DNA of 64,000 nt from Oligoflexales bacterium (GTDB lineage: Bacteria; Bdellovibrionota_B; Oligoflexia; Oligoflexales; CAIYRB01), in NCBI GenBank assembly GCA_041736175.1, contig JBGSUI010000148.1:63640-127639 (forward strand), read 5' to 3'. The notes beneath the pieces were generated by a model. It was given only the letters and a program-made list of their open reading frames with translations. It was not told the DNA's origin and made no database searches. The position numbers were made by a program, and so were the translations under genes. The stretch's first letter is position 1. Each line of letters starts with the position of its first letter. This document shows positions 20,194-29,263 of this stretch, piece after piece.

Positions 20194-20994
20194 ATGACAA
20201 GATCTTACTTTAAAATATTTCTAGCTACACTGCATTCTACGCCTTTTAATTTTAAAAAATTATGTATCTTTTTTGGGATGTTTGGTGTCCCATTAGGGAT
20301 GATAGCTTGTTCAAAAATAGGTGATACTCAAAATCAGTCCAATGTCAGTATGACTTTCACTCCCGAAACATTAACAAACAATAATTTTTTACTTAGACTG
20401 TCTAAAAGTAATGGCCGTGTCAACTTGTTAATCGATTTAAGTAATGCAAACCAAAGCAGTGATTTAGGAAAAATTAAAACTGATATAAGCAACTCTATGC
20501 TTAGAGCCATGAATTTATGGAACAGTGCTTTAGCAGGATATAGTGATTGGAATGTGACCTCAATTTCTCTTGCAAACGATCAGTCTGCGCCACAACTCAG
20601 AATTCAATACGCTTCGGGACGCCCTCTGGCGATCCCCTCGAGTGATTTAATCATCCTGGTAGATCCTCAAACTTACGATGGATCACTAAACTATCAGTCA
20701 CTGCATGAGTATGGCCATATTTTGGGGCTCTATGAGGCATACACGGAACCAGGTCGAAGTGTGCCCAAAATCCCCCAGGCGTCCAGCGTCATGCAAAATA
20801 TGCGAGAGGACCTGACCCAAGAAGACGTAAATTCAATCAGATTTATATGGGACGTTTTGAAAGGTAAAGCTAACGTCGAAAGTTGTCCCCCAGGCTATGT
20901 AAACGACAAAAATGCTTATAGTCATGGAGGCGCCATTTTCTGTGCTATCCCAACAACCTCCAGTGACACAAGCTCTAAAGCTCCCAAGCCTTGA
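20194..20994 (+). CDS. Lipoprotein zinc metallopeptidase (metzincin-like), AT-rich
   Basis: Lipobox MIAC; HEYGHILGLYE zinc motif and Met-turn SSVMQ. Confidence 0.75.
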   Translation: MTRSYFKIFLATLHSTPFNFKKLCIFFGMFGVPLGMIACSKIGDTQNQSNVSMTFTPETLTNNNFLLRLSKSNGRVNLLIDLSNANQSSDLGKIKTDISNSMLRAMNLWNSALAGYSDWNVTSISLANDQSAPQLRIQYASGRPLAIPSSDLIILVDPQTYDGSLNYQSLHEYGHILGLYEAYTEPGRSVPKIPQASSVMQNMREDLTQEDVNSIRFIWDVLKGKANVESCPPGYVNDKNAYSHGGAIFCAIPTTSSDTSSKAPKP

Positions 20995-21085
20995 ACTGGA
21001 CGGGTAAAATCGCCGCAGCGAATGCGGTCCTTATCTTAGAGGGGAAAAACCCATGGAGTCGATTTGGACCTTAACACCCTATTTA

Positions 21086-21200
21086 AAATCCCCTTTATCA
21101 CCCCATCGAGTGTGCTATCATACCTAAGGAATTACATGGATTTAAACTCTACGGTCCTTTGACCAAGTCAGCCCATGACCTCAATCGCAGGAGTCGTTAA
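21086..21200 (+). pseudogene. Direct repeat copy 2: degenerate 3' fragment of the ABC SBP gene
   Basis: Translates YHPIECAIIPKELHGFKLYGPLTKSAHDLNRRSR* versus YHRIECAIIPKDLRGFKLYGTLTKSAHDLHRWSR* in the intact gene; 1-nt deletion at its 5' edge. Confidence 0.92.
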
Positions 21201-21203
21201 AAA

Positions 21204-21749
21204 ATGAAATCCAAATCCCATGATAAACTTCTCTCGATCCTTAAAGAGCGCTTTGACCAATCCATGCACCGCCATCCAGGGATCCTTTGGCCTCAGGTGC
21301 TAGACCGGCTTTTGGCTAAAAAGACGGCGTTGGCGTCTCTTGCAGAGATGGAAAAAACCGGTGGGGAACCAGACGTCGTGGCCTACGACAAAGGGTCTGC
21401 GGAGTATTGGTTTGTGGATTGTTCTAAGGAAAGCCCCGTAGGGCGGAGGAGTGTTTGCTACGACCAGGAGGCGCTTCGATCAAGAAAACAAAATAAGCCG
21501 AAGGCAAGTGCCCTTGAGATGGGGGAATCCATGGGAATCGAGCTTTTGACGGAAGCCCAATACCGCGACCTGCAAAAATTGGAAGCTATTGACACTAAAA
21601 CTTCGAGCTGGATCATGACGCCAGCAGATATTCGCAAACGAGGTGGAGCCCTCTTTTGTGATCGGCGTTATGAGGCCGTTTTTGTGTACCACAATGGAGC
21701 GGAATCCTACTATGCAGCCCGAGGGTTTCGAGGGCTTTTGAGAGTATAA
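21204..21749 (+). CDS. DUF4256 family protein
   Basis: MEKTGGEPDVV, DTKTSSW, GGALFCDRRY and VYHNGAESYYAARGFRG. Confidence 0.88.
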   Translation: MKSKSHDKLLSILKERFDQSMHRHPGILWPQVLDRLLAKKTALASLAEMEKTGGEPDVVAYDKGSAEYWFVDCSKESPVGRRSVCYDQEALRSRKQNKPKASALEMGESMGIELLTEAQYRDLQKLEAIDTKTSSWIMTPADIRKRGGALFCDRRYEAVFVYHNGAESYYAARGFRGLLRV

Positions 21750-21812
21750 ATAATTCAATCTAGATTTGCTACCGGATTGGGATGATTGGACTGTTGGACA
21801 AGCGATTTGCGA

Positions 21813-23150
21813 CTAGCGATTTGCGACAATAGTAGATAATAAGCCATCTAGGTCGCCTACGATTTCGAATTTGGCGTTAGGCATTAGGCGCACCCTAACG
21901 GATCGAGTAACCTTGTCATCAATGCTTTTATAGCTTCCAGAAAAATACCTGGTTTCTAAGCCAGGACCAAAAAGTTCAATAAAGGTTTTTGACTCATTCG
22001 GTATATTGATGCGCGTGTCTGGGACCTTGGTAAATACTTTTTGCTCTAGAGGCAATCGAATGCGCATAAGTGTCGCGTCATCCGTGCCGCTCTCTGTTCG
22101 AGATCCGGTCGAAGTGATTAGACCTGCTTTGATTGCACCGATTTTCTGTGGAGTACCGGATTTGTCCGGTGCCGCGAGGACTGTCACAAGATCATTATCG
22201 AATTCCAAAATGAGACAATTTTGATCAGCCTTATAGGCGAAAAACTTCTGTGCTATCGCCAAATCACAATCCCGGTAGGAAAACCGCTTTGGAAACGAAA
22301 ATATCCCACCAGGGGGAAATGATTTATCTAGCCACTCCGCGCCAATTTTCTCTTCTTTAATAGCCATAACATTGACCTTGTCGGTCATTATTTCGACAAA
22401 TTTTTCTGACATCAGAAAAACCTTGTCGCCCTCAAGATGGGGAACACCAAACACATGGCCTAGTTCGTGCGTGATGGTTGCCTCAAAAATGCACCCGTCA
22501 CAAACGGACCATGGATCACTAGCAAATGAATGTGCGCTAGGCTTGAAAGGTCCCTTATGAGCAGCCACAAAAATAAAACCTCGACCGCGAAGATTCACCG
22601 TGTCGTATTTCGCTCTAACAGCCATCCCTATGACGCTGTCACGCTTTGGAATAAGGTGCGCTTGGTCGTCGGAAAGTCTGCCGAGTTGGAAGCGTAAATC
22701 CGTGTGTGGTGAGCACGCCTCTTCGGCAAATTGCTGGGTGGCTATTAAAAGAGGCGCATAAGGTTGCAAATCCTTACTTGTGTAATAGGAATTGTTAGCC
22801 TGAGAAAAAGACTGCTTCCAACGATCGATAGAACGCTCGATAACCTTTTTAGCCCGATCGTGCGAGATGCCAAAGTTTTGCTCGTCAATATCAATGCAGT
22901 AGGAGACCTTATCCGTATTTTGTAAAAACCAAGGGTTGGCTGCTGTGCCGATGAGAAGGCCGCCGCCCGTCGACATACCACCTTCCAGGACTACATGGTC
23001 GTTTTGGTCGTTTGAGGGCTCATCTTTATCTACTTTATCAACTTTTTGTGCTCGATGCGCTATGCAGCTCGTGCTCAAAATCGAAACACCCAGTGTAAAG
23101 GCGGCAAATCTCGCCGTTTTCCAATCTTGACCCATAAAACTGCCGCTCAT
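21813..23150 (-). CDS. Lipoprotein zinc metallopeptidase (metzincin, HExxHxxGxxH)
   Basis: Lipobox STSC; HELGHVFGVPH followed by Met-turn FLMS. Start uncertain (23135, 23150 or 23201). Confidence 0.8.
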   Translation of the reverse strand: MSGSFMGQDWKTARFAAFTLGVSILSTSCIAHRAQKVDKVDKDEPSNDQNDHVVLEGGMSTGGGLLIGTAANPWFLQNTDKVSYCIDIDEQNFGISHDRAKKVIERSIDRWKQSFSQANNSYYTSKDLQPYAPLLIATQQFAEEACSPHTDLRFQLGRLSDDQAHLIPKRDSVIGMAVRAKYDTVNLRGRGFIFVAAHKGPFKPSAHSFASDPWSVCDGCIFEATITHELGHVFGVPHLEGDKVFLMSEKFVEIMTDKVNVMAIKEEKIGAEWLDKSFPPGGIFSFPKRFSYRDCDLAIAQKFFAYKADQNCLILEFDNDLVTVLAAPDKSGTPQKIGAIKAGLITSTGSRTESGTDDATLMRIRLPLEQKVFTKVPDTRINIPNESKTFIELFGPGLETRYFSGSYKSIDDKVTRSVRVRLMPNAKFEIVGDLDGLLSTIVANR

Positions 23151-23227
23151 CCTGGAACCCCCAGCCAATTTTTGAAACCAGATTGAATAACATAATAACA
23201 TTTTCTGGCGTCCTACAAGGGTTCAAG

Positions 23228-23271
23228 CGCTACATTAGGGGCTTCGACTCAAAGCAGCCCCTAAAGTAGCG
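23228..23271. other. Intergenic stem-loop
   Basis: CGCTAC-A-TTAGGGGCT...AGCCCCTAA-A-GTAGCG; no U-tract, so terminator function is uncertain. Confidence 0.5.
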
Positions 23272-23291
23272 TCTGAAATGGCTGAATCGCC

Positions 23292-23734
23292 TTATGGCTT
23301 GGCTGCTGTTGTTTTGCAGTCCAACTCGAAGGATTGGTGCGAGTCGGTGTATTTTCCCTTTCCGGTCGACCGGTCGATTGTGGCGGAAATGGCTAGGTCC
23401 TTAGTCCAACCAGCGCCTTCGATGTTGATAATGTTCTGGTCCTCCTTCAAGTTGATTGGATAGGCAACTTGGTTTTCGTTGGACGGCTTGTTTTTAAAGA
23501 ATAGACTAACATCGAGTTGGTCGTATTGGGCGAGATTGGCGCGTCATCTTTGGTTTTAACAACCGTCAACAGGAGCTGCTGTTGACCTTCACCTGGCCGG
23601 TAGCACACTGCTACGGTTTCCAGGGTCTCCGGTTTTGACACAGGTACAGGGGCGTAGCTATCATTCTTCTCTTTTTTTCCACAACCCATAGCAACTACAA
23701 AAAATGCAATTGATGTCAATGATTTCGTACTCAT
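23292..23734 (-). pseudogene. Frameshifted small lipoprotein gene
   Basis: MSTKSLTSIAFFVVAMGC lipoprotein start. A second frame from ~23543 reads ANLAQYDQLDVSLFFKNKPSNENQVAYPINLKEDQNIINIEGAGWTKDLAISATIDRSTGKGKYTDSHQSFELDCKTTAAKP*. Total span is 443 nt, one base short of a codon multiple. Confidence 0.65.
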
Positions 23735-23861
23735 AAATAACTCCAACAACTTAGTTTAGTTGGCCAGAACCATTCCGGCCTTGGACGATTTATAACCCTT
23801 GCCCCGCCACATTTATAGGTTTTATTTGTAAAAAATCACGGAGTATGTTTATAATTTATAA

Positions 23862-24680
23862 ATGAAAGCCAAACCTATAAATATATTTGAGTTTTCTGAT
23901 TACCGAGAGCTTATTCGACGAGTCATCGAGTCGCGCAACGAGAAACGCGGCTATCACAAGAGGCTTGCAGCGGCAGCTGGATGTCATACCTCATACCTTT
24001 CACAGGTGCTCAATTCCAATATCCAATTGACCCCAGACCAAGCAGCCGGGATGGCCCGATTCTGGGGATTCTCCTCACGTGAAACCGACTATTTCCTGTA
24101 CCTCGTGATGATTGATCGCAGCGGCACCCCGGCTTTGAAGGAGTTTCTCCAAGGGCGATTGTCGGAATTGCGAGAAGAAAACAATATCCTGGTGCGTCGC
24201 ATCAAAGACCCACCTCCAAAGCTCCGGCTCGAAGACCAAGTTCTTTACTATTCAGCTTGGTATTACGCGGCAATCCACATGATGATCACCGTCCCTAAAC
24301 TACGGAATCCGGCCGAAATCGCACAACGCCTTGCACTCTCGACAAACCTTGTCGAGAGAACGCTCGATCAACTTGAAGCCATGGGCTTTGTCCAGCAGGA
24401 CGAAGGCGGGTACGCGCCGACTAGCAAAATCGTTCATATCGGAATGGACTCTCCACTCAATGCATCAAATCATGCCCATTGGCGCCACGTATCGACTAAC
24501 CGAATTTTTGAAAATCGACCTGGGGAAGTGCATTACAGCGCCGTCTATTCCTTAAGCCAGGCTGACCTTGGTAAACTTAGAGAAGAACTCCTCCAGCTCA
24601 TGGAGCGGTCACGCCAAATCGTCGGCCCTTCCAAGGAGGAAACGGTCGGCATCATGATTTTGGACTTGTTCGAGATGTAG
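23862..24680 (+). CDS. TIGR02147/DUF4423-family putative DNA-binding protein
   Basis: IFEFSDYRE, HTH-like SYLSQVLN, YYSAWYYAAIH and winged-helix C-terminal half; divergent from secreted-protein genes. Confidence 0.82.
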   Translation: MKAKPINIFEFSDYRELIRRVIESRNEKRGYHKRLAAAAGCHTSYLSQVLNSNIQLTPDQAAGMARFWGFSSRETDYFLYLVMIDRSGTPALKEFLQGRLSELREENNILVRRIKDPPPKLRLEDQVLYYSAWYYAAIHMMITVPKLRNPAEIAQRLALSTNLVERTLDQLEAMGFVQQDEGGYAPTSKIVHIGMDSPLNASNHAHWRHVSTNRIFENRPGEVHYSAVYSLSQADLGKLREELLQLMERSRQIVGPSKEETVGIMILDLFEM

Positions 24681-24858
24681 TCCTTTCCTAGGCAAGATGG
24701 TTCGTTTCACGGCAAACTAGTGGAAAATAACTAAGAAATTTAAGTATTTGTTATGCTTATTAATTTAAATGAGATTGCCCTGACAACAACCTGGAATAGA
24801 CCTCCTTTTTAATAAAAAGTGTGCTATTGTGCGCCAGCCTTGCTGGCAGCGTAGGCAA

Positions 24859-24891
24859 GGAGCCCACGTGGAGCCCCCATGGAGCCCACGA
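24859..24891 (+). repeat. 3 x 11-bp tandem repeat upstream of the DEAD helicase
   Basis: GGAGCCCACGT GGAGCCCCCAT GGAGCCCACGA. Confidence 0.85.
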
Positions 24892-24917
24892 GTCTATCCC
24901 CCAATCATGGATTATGA

Positions 24918-26075
24918 ATGACGACTTTTCAAAAATTCCCCCTCCTCCCCTCCCTTCTGACAACCCTGGCCGAGGAGGATCTCATCACTCCGACGGAAAT
25001 CCAGAAACGAGCACTCCCCCATCTTCTTAAGGGAAAATCCCTTGTGGGGGTGTCGGAGACTGGCAGCGGTAAAACCCTGGTCTATATTCTGACGGCTCTC
25101 CAGCATCTCAAGGTTTTAGAAAACCAAGGCCAGCAGGCCACCAAGGACCGTTCGCCCCGGGCCGTCGTGATGGTACCCACCCGGGAGCTGGGCGAGCAGG
25201 TGGCCCGCCACTTTAAGGTGTTTACCCACAAAACCCGTCTTAGGGTGCGCAGTGTGCTCGGTGGGACAACCTTAGAGATTGCCAAGAAAAATATTGAGGG
25301 AACTTTCGATATCCTCGTTGCCACTCCAGGGCGTCTTATCAAACTCCTGGACAGGGGGCTTCTTCATTTAGGGGATGTGCGGATCCTGATATTTGACGAA
25401 GTGGACCAGATGTTGGATCAAGGGTTTTTGCCTGATTCCAAGCGAATCGCGGCAGCATGCCCAAGCTCTAAACAGCTCGTCTTGTTTTCTGCCACTGTAT
25501 CCCCCGGAGTGCAGGAGCTGATGAAGAGTCTGTTTGCGGATGCTGAGGTGGTCCGCACCCAAGGCAGTCACCAAGTCGTGGCGGGTTTGACCACGCGCCA
25601 TCAGTCGGTATCTGAAAGCGACCGATTTAACGCCTTGCAAAGCCTCCTCACCCAGCCCACCAAAGGTGGGACCATGATCTTTACCAACACCCGGGAACAA
25701 TGCGACATCCTCGCCACAGAGCTTGCCAAAATAAAGTGCGAAAGTGTCGTCTACCGGGGATCAATGGACAAACTCGAACGGCGTGCCAATCTAAAGGCTT
25801 TCCGCACCGGTGCGATAAAAGTCCTGATCTCGACCGACCTTGGGTCGCGCGGGCTGGATGTCGACCATGTAGAACGGGTCATCAATTACCATTTGCCTTA
25901 CCAGATCGACCAATACCTCCACCGCGCTGGCCGGACTGCTCGTGCGGGGCGGTCGGGGCTGATCATCAACCTCGTCGGAGAGCGGGACCTATCTTTGGTG
26001 GAAAAGCTCCGGGGTCTTGAAAACAGCAAGCGCTTTGGAGGGGGGCTTGCTAAAACTTCCGAAAAACACAGTTAA
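24918..26075 (+). CDS. DEAD/DEAH-box RNA helicase
   Basis: Q motif (PTEIQ), TGSGKT, PTREL, TPGRL, DEVD, SAT, RGLD and HRAGRTAR. Confidence 0.95.
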   Translation: MTTFQKFPLLPSLLTTLAEEDLITPTEIQKRALPHLLKGKSLVGVSETGSGKTLVYILTALQHLKVLENQGQQATKDRSPRAVVMVPTRELGEQVARHFKVFTHKTRLRVRSVLGGTTLEIAKKNIEGTFDILVATPGRLIKLLDRGLLHLGDVRILIFDEVDQMLDQGFLPDSKRIAAACPSSKQLVLFSATVSPGVQELMKSLFADAEVVRTQGSHQVVAGLTTRHQSVSESDRFNALQSLLTQPTKGGTMIFTNTREQCDILATELAKIKCESVVYRGSMDKLERRANLKAFRTGAIKVLISTDLGSRGLDVDHVERVINYHLPYQIDQYLHRAGRTARAGRSGLIINLVGERDLSLVEKLRGLENSKRFGGGLAKTSEKHS

Positions 26076-26592
26076 ACACCCCCTTGTTGGCACCATAGAA
26101 GCCGCTTTTACCCAGAAGATAGCTCCCCTAAGACCCCAGGGCACTGCTCTTGCCTCCTTTTGGAGCCTCGACAAAGCTTTGTCCTACGCCCTCAAACAGG
26201 CAGGGGCTGCCGAGGGGTTTGTACAGGGCTTGGATCAAATCGAAAGACTCCTTGTTAAGGAGGCTCATGGCATCCTTCTGTTGCGAAAAAAAACAGGACA
26301 ACCGGAGGTCTCTCGACTATCGCGGCTCCTCCTGTTGTCTAACGACGGCAGTGAGCGATTTTATCACAAAGTCGACTCTATCCTCAAAGCCCACGGCACC
26401 CGCACTTGGGCTGTCGTTATAGATACCACTGCCGAAACTTTGGGCAAATTAGCACTTCCAATGGGCACTCCTGTTAAGGGGTTGCTACTCGCTGATCGCA
26501 CCGCCTTGGAACTCTTTCTCGCAAATCTTGTTTCAGCACGGGAGCTTGTAACTTTACAGACTTCCTCACATGAGTCGCCTTCATCTCTCTGA
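26047..26592 (+). CDS. Conserved hypothetical protein
   Basis: Overlaps the helicase stop; GGAGG RBS before TTG 26047; motif SRLLLLSNDGSERFY. Confidence 0.65.
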   Translation: MLKLPKNTVKHPLVGTIEAAFTQKIAPLRPQGTALASFWSLDKALSYALKQAGAAEGFVQGLDQIERLLVKEAHGILLLRKKTGQPEVSRLSRLLLLSNDGSERFYHKVDSILKAHGTRTWAVVIDTTAETLGKLALPMGTPVKGLLLADRTALELFLANLVSARELVTLQTSSHESPSSL

Positions 26593-26608
26593 GCTTTGCG
26601 GCTCTTGA

Positions 26609-26873
26609 CGAGCCCAAAGAGCCTTCGCGACGACAGGAGGACTTCACGCTGCCACTTTGTTTACCTTTGATGGTGTCCTCGAAAGCCTGTACAAAGACGT
26701 GGGACGACACAACGCCGTCGACAAAATTGTCGGTGCTGAATTTCGCAAAGGCGCCATCCCCCTCACCAACAAGCTTATTCTCGTCAGCGGACGCGCAAGC
26801 TATGAATTGGTTCAAAAAACCATCAAAGCGGGGGCCTCGGCGCTGGTGGCCATCGGTGCCACCGTCAAGCTTG
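26609..26873 (+). pseudogene. fdhD: FdhD (formate dehydrogenase accessory sulfurtransferase) internal fragment
   Basis: Reads QRAFATTGGLHAA..DVGRHNAVDKIVG..SGRASYELVQK. A +1 shift at ~26860 restores GAPSSL. No start codon or N-terminal half; truncated at the 3' end. Confidence 0.88.
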
Positions 26874-27038
26874 ATAAATTTGGAAATTTTCCTTAAACAA
26901 CTCTATTTGATTAGATTAGATTCAAGGTACCTCTGGACCTGCAATTTAGTTTCCTAGGGTGTACAAAATTTCATCAAATGGTAACTCTCTTGACAAACTA
27001 TCTTATTCGATAACGTTGATTATTAACGAAATTTAAAG

Positions 27039-27055
27039 TGGCATAGTTTGTGCAT
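27039..27055 (+). promoter_or_regulatory. Sigma54-like promoter (-24/-12)
   Basis: TGGCATAGTTTGTGCAT (GG-N10-GC) upstream of ATG 27117. Confidence 0.65.
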
Positions 27056-27116
27056 TCATCTGGGCAACAGATACGAAATGAATGCCTACCAGGAAATATC
27101 AGGAAAGGAATAAGTT

Positions 27117-28259
27117 ATGTTAGCAAAAAATCCAATTATTTTTTTGTTGCTTTATTTCAATTTAACATCTTGTCTCAAGAGAAATAGCAATGAATCTGGT
27201 CTAGAAGGTGTCAATATGGGTCCCAATCCTGGACTTCCTGCAGCACAAAACTTTGTGTTAAAAACAAAAAATGGCATAGACGGCTGCCATGCAATATTGA
27301 TAAGTCCAGATCTGGCGATTACATTAGATTATGAGAGGTGTGATTCTAAATCATTATTTTCTTACTCAAAAGATAAAAACCTCATGGTAATAGAGATTGA
27401 CAGTAAAACTCCAATTATCGGAAAAGGTCCCAGATCGAACAAACTTCGACATTTTCGTATACTCAGATTAAAAACAAATGTTGAAGGTGTAAATATTCCA
27501 GAAATAGCTTACTCACCTAGTGAGAAATATAGCATAATGACATATGCCTACAGATCCTCAGATCGAACATATCATTCTGGACACCCATTCACAGCAAGGC
27601 CAAAGAACATTCATTTTCGATTAGGTGAAGGTGGAGGCGATCCAGTTGTTGAATTTGGAAATACTACTCTGCTCACATGCATGAACTCTGGTCATATAAT
27701 AGGGGCGCCAATTTTATCTCGCGATGGAAAACTAACGGGCATAATCACAAATGAATATCGTCGTATCGAGCGTTTGGGTATGTATAACGGTATGTATGAC
27801 TACGGAGACTTTAAGGATTTCTGGAGTCCAAAAAAAGCTTTTGAGTTCAGTCAGGATCCACCACTTGTTCGTGGGTTAAAATCGGTCGTTTTTAAAGGTA
27901 AAGGCCTCCTTAAAGAAAACACAACTAAAAAGATTGGCGATTTATCGATAAACTACAACACCAAATTGGGCAGCTTACAAATAGGGCTAGGGAAGGATAA
28001 CCTGTTTTCCTTTAAATTAGATAGGGAAAAAAATGGTCCAGATATCTTTTATCAAGATGAAGATATAAACTTATATGAGTTTTGGTTTCCCAATGAAAAT
28101 GACCCTGTAAAAGCTGACTCTAAAGATATAGCATCTATGGTCTCAAATTTCTTGGAAAAAGCAGCCGCAACCAAAGGTATCGACCCAAAAATCAAAAATT
28201 ACTTATTGGAGATTAAAGGAGGTTTGTCTTCCTACTTTTCTAAACAGATAAAACTTTAA
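27117..28259 (+). CDS. AT-rich lipoprotein with degenerate trypsin-like domain
   Basis: Lipobox LTSC. GCHAILISPDLAIT and GAPILSRDGKLTGIIT recall the S1 fold, but AAHC and GDSGGP are absent. Confidence 0.6.
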   Translation: MLAKNPIIFLLLYFNLTSCLKRNSNESGLEGVNMGPNPGLPAAQNFVLKTKNGIDGCHAILISPDLAITLDYERCDSKSLFSYSKDKNLMVIEIDSKTPIIGKGPRSNKLRHFRILRLKTNVEGVNIPEIAYSPSEKYSIMTYAYRSSDRTYHSGHPFTARPKNIHFRLGEGGGDPVVEFGNTTLLTCMNSGHIIGAPILSRDGKLTGIITNEYRRIERLGMYNGMYDYGDFKDFWSPKKAFEFSQDPPLVRGLKSVVFKGKGLLKENTTKKIGDLSINYNTKLGSLQIGLGKDNLFSFKLDREKNGPDIFYQDEDINLYEFWFPNENDPVKADSKDIASMVSNFLEKAAATKGIDPKIKNYLLEIKGGLSSYFSKQIKL

Positions 28260-28302
28260 TTCCTGATTAGTGGCTCCCGGGAGATTCTTGTAGCGCCTTT
28301 TG

Positions 28303-28500
28303 TTAAGGCTCTACGTTAAACTTTTCCTTGCAACGATTCCCATCCACTTCTGTCCTAGTGCAGCGTCCGCCGTCCCGGGACCACACCTCGTGGCGAACGG
28401 CCATGGGGATTGCAGACCTGTGTTTTTTCACAGCTGGTGCTACCTATGAAGTGGCTGTATTCGGGACCGGGGTTACAGGGACCACCGCTTCGGTCGGCGT
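28303..28500 (-). pseudogene. HNH endonuclease-like relic (copy A)
   Basis: Manual translation PNTATS*VAPAVKKHRSAIPMAVRHEVWSRDGGRCTRTEVDGNRCKEKFNVEP*; internal stop, and it ends before the HNH His. Confidence 0.75.
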
Positions 28501-28620
28501 TTCTCCCGGGACTCGATCTTGGCGGGAAAAATCAGCAAATTGGTTGTAGAGGCCTCTATAGGAACCGTTTTGTAAGCCCCAAAACCCGTCAAACTTTTTC
28601 TGAAGATTCCAAGAATATTT

Positions 28621-28760
28621 TTAGAGCCAGTTCGTCCCAGGGCGAACGACCCAGATGGTGCGGCCCCAAATTCGGTGACTCCAGAGGTAGAGCCCATTGG
28701 GAAAAAATCCAGGTCGGCAATGTCAAGGACTGTTCGCCGCGAGGTTTGGGCCCGGGACGA
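28621..28760 (+). pseudogene. HNH endonuclease-like relic (copy B, inverted relative to A)
   Basis: Translation PNSVTPEVEPIGKKSRSAMSRTVRREVWARD aligns without gaps with copy A over 31 codons. Confidence 0.72.
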
Positions 28761-29263
28761 ATCAGTTACCGTGGGGTCTAAGCCTGCGCATCAACCGACC
28801 ACTTGACTTATTTCTTGGGCGACAACTTCATTGACCAAAAAAATTACAACAAATGCAAATCTACATGTGATTCCGTCCACACGAAAATTGGTCGTAAATC
28901 CAAAAAGCTCTTCATTTCACGAAATGCCTTTTTTTGGAGTTCCCTTCAGCTATGGAGGGATGAGATTTGCTCTCGTCAATTTGGAGCATTTAATCCGCAG
29001 CAGCACCATATGGGCTCCTAACATAAATGGGAATAGACTTGAATTACGTGGTTTTTTTACCCCTAGAAATACTTCTGAGATGCTCTCCAATTACCGGATT
29101 GTTAATGGGCGACTCGATTACCTCTATAAGTCCAAAAAACCTTCTTGTTTTCCCTAAGTCATTGCTGACGTTGCCTATTCACTCAGAGGGAGTGGTCGTG
29201 TATGATAGGGGAGGTGTCAGACAAATGACATAGGGGGCTTATCAATCATAAAGGAAACATAAT

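Noticed and set aside
23228..23271. Hairpin as an integron attC site
   Set aside because: Single occurrence, no clear RYYYAAC/GTTRRRY core pair, and no integrase in the window.
28803..29233. Three short overlapping plus-strand ORFs (72, 108 and 68 aa)
   Set aside because: No RBS or recognisable motif. Possibly a decayed AT-rich gene fragment, but none can be supported as a CDS.
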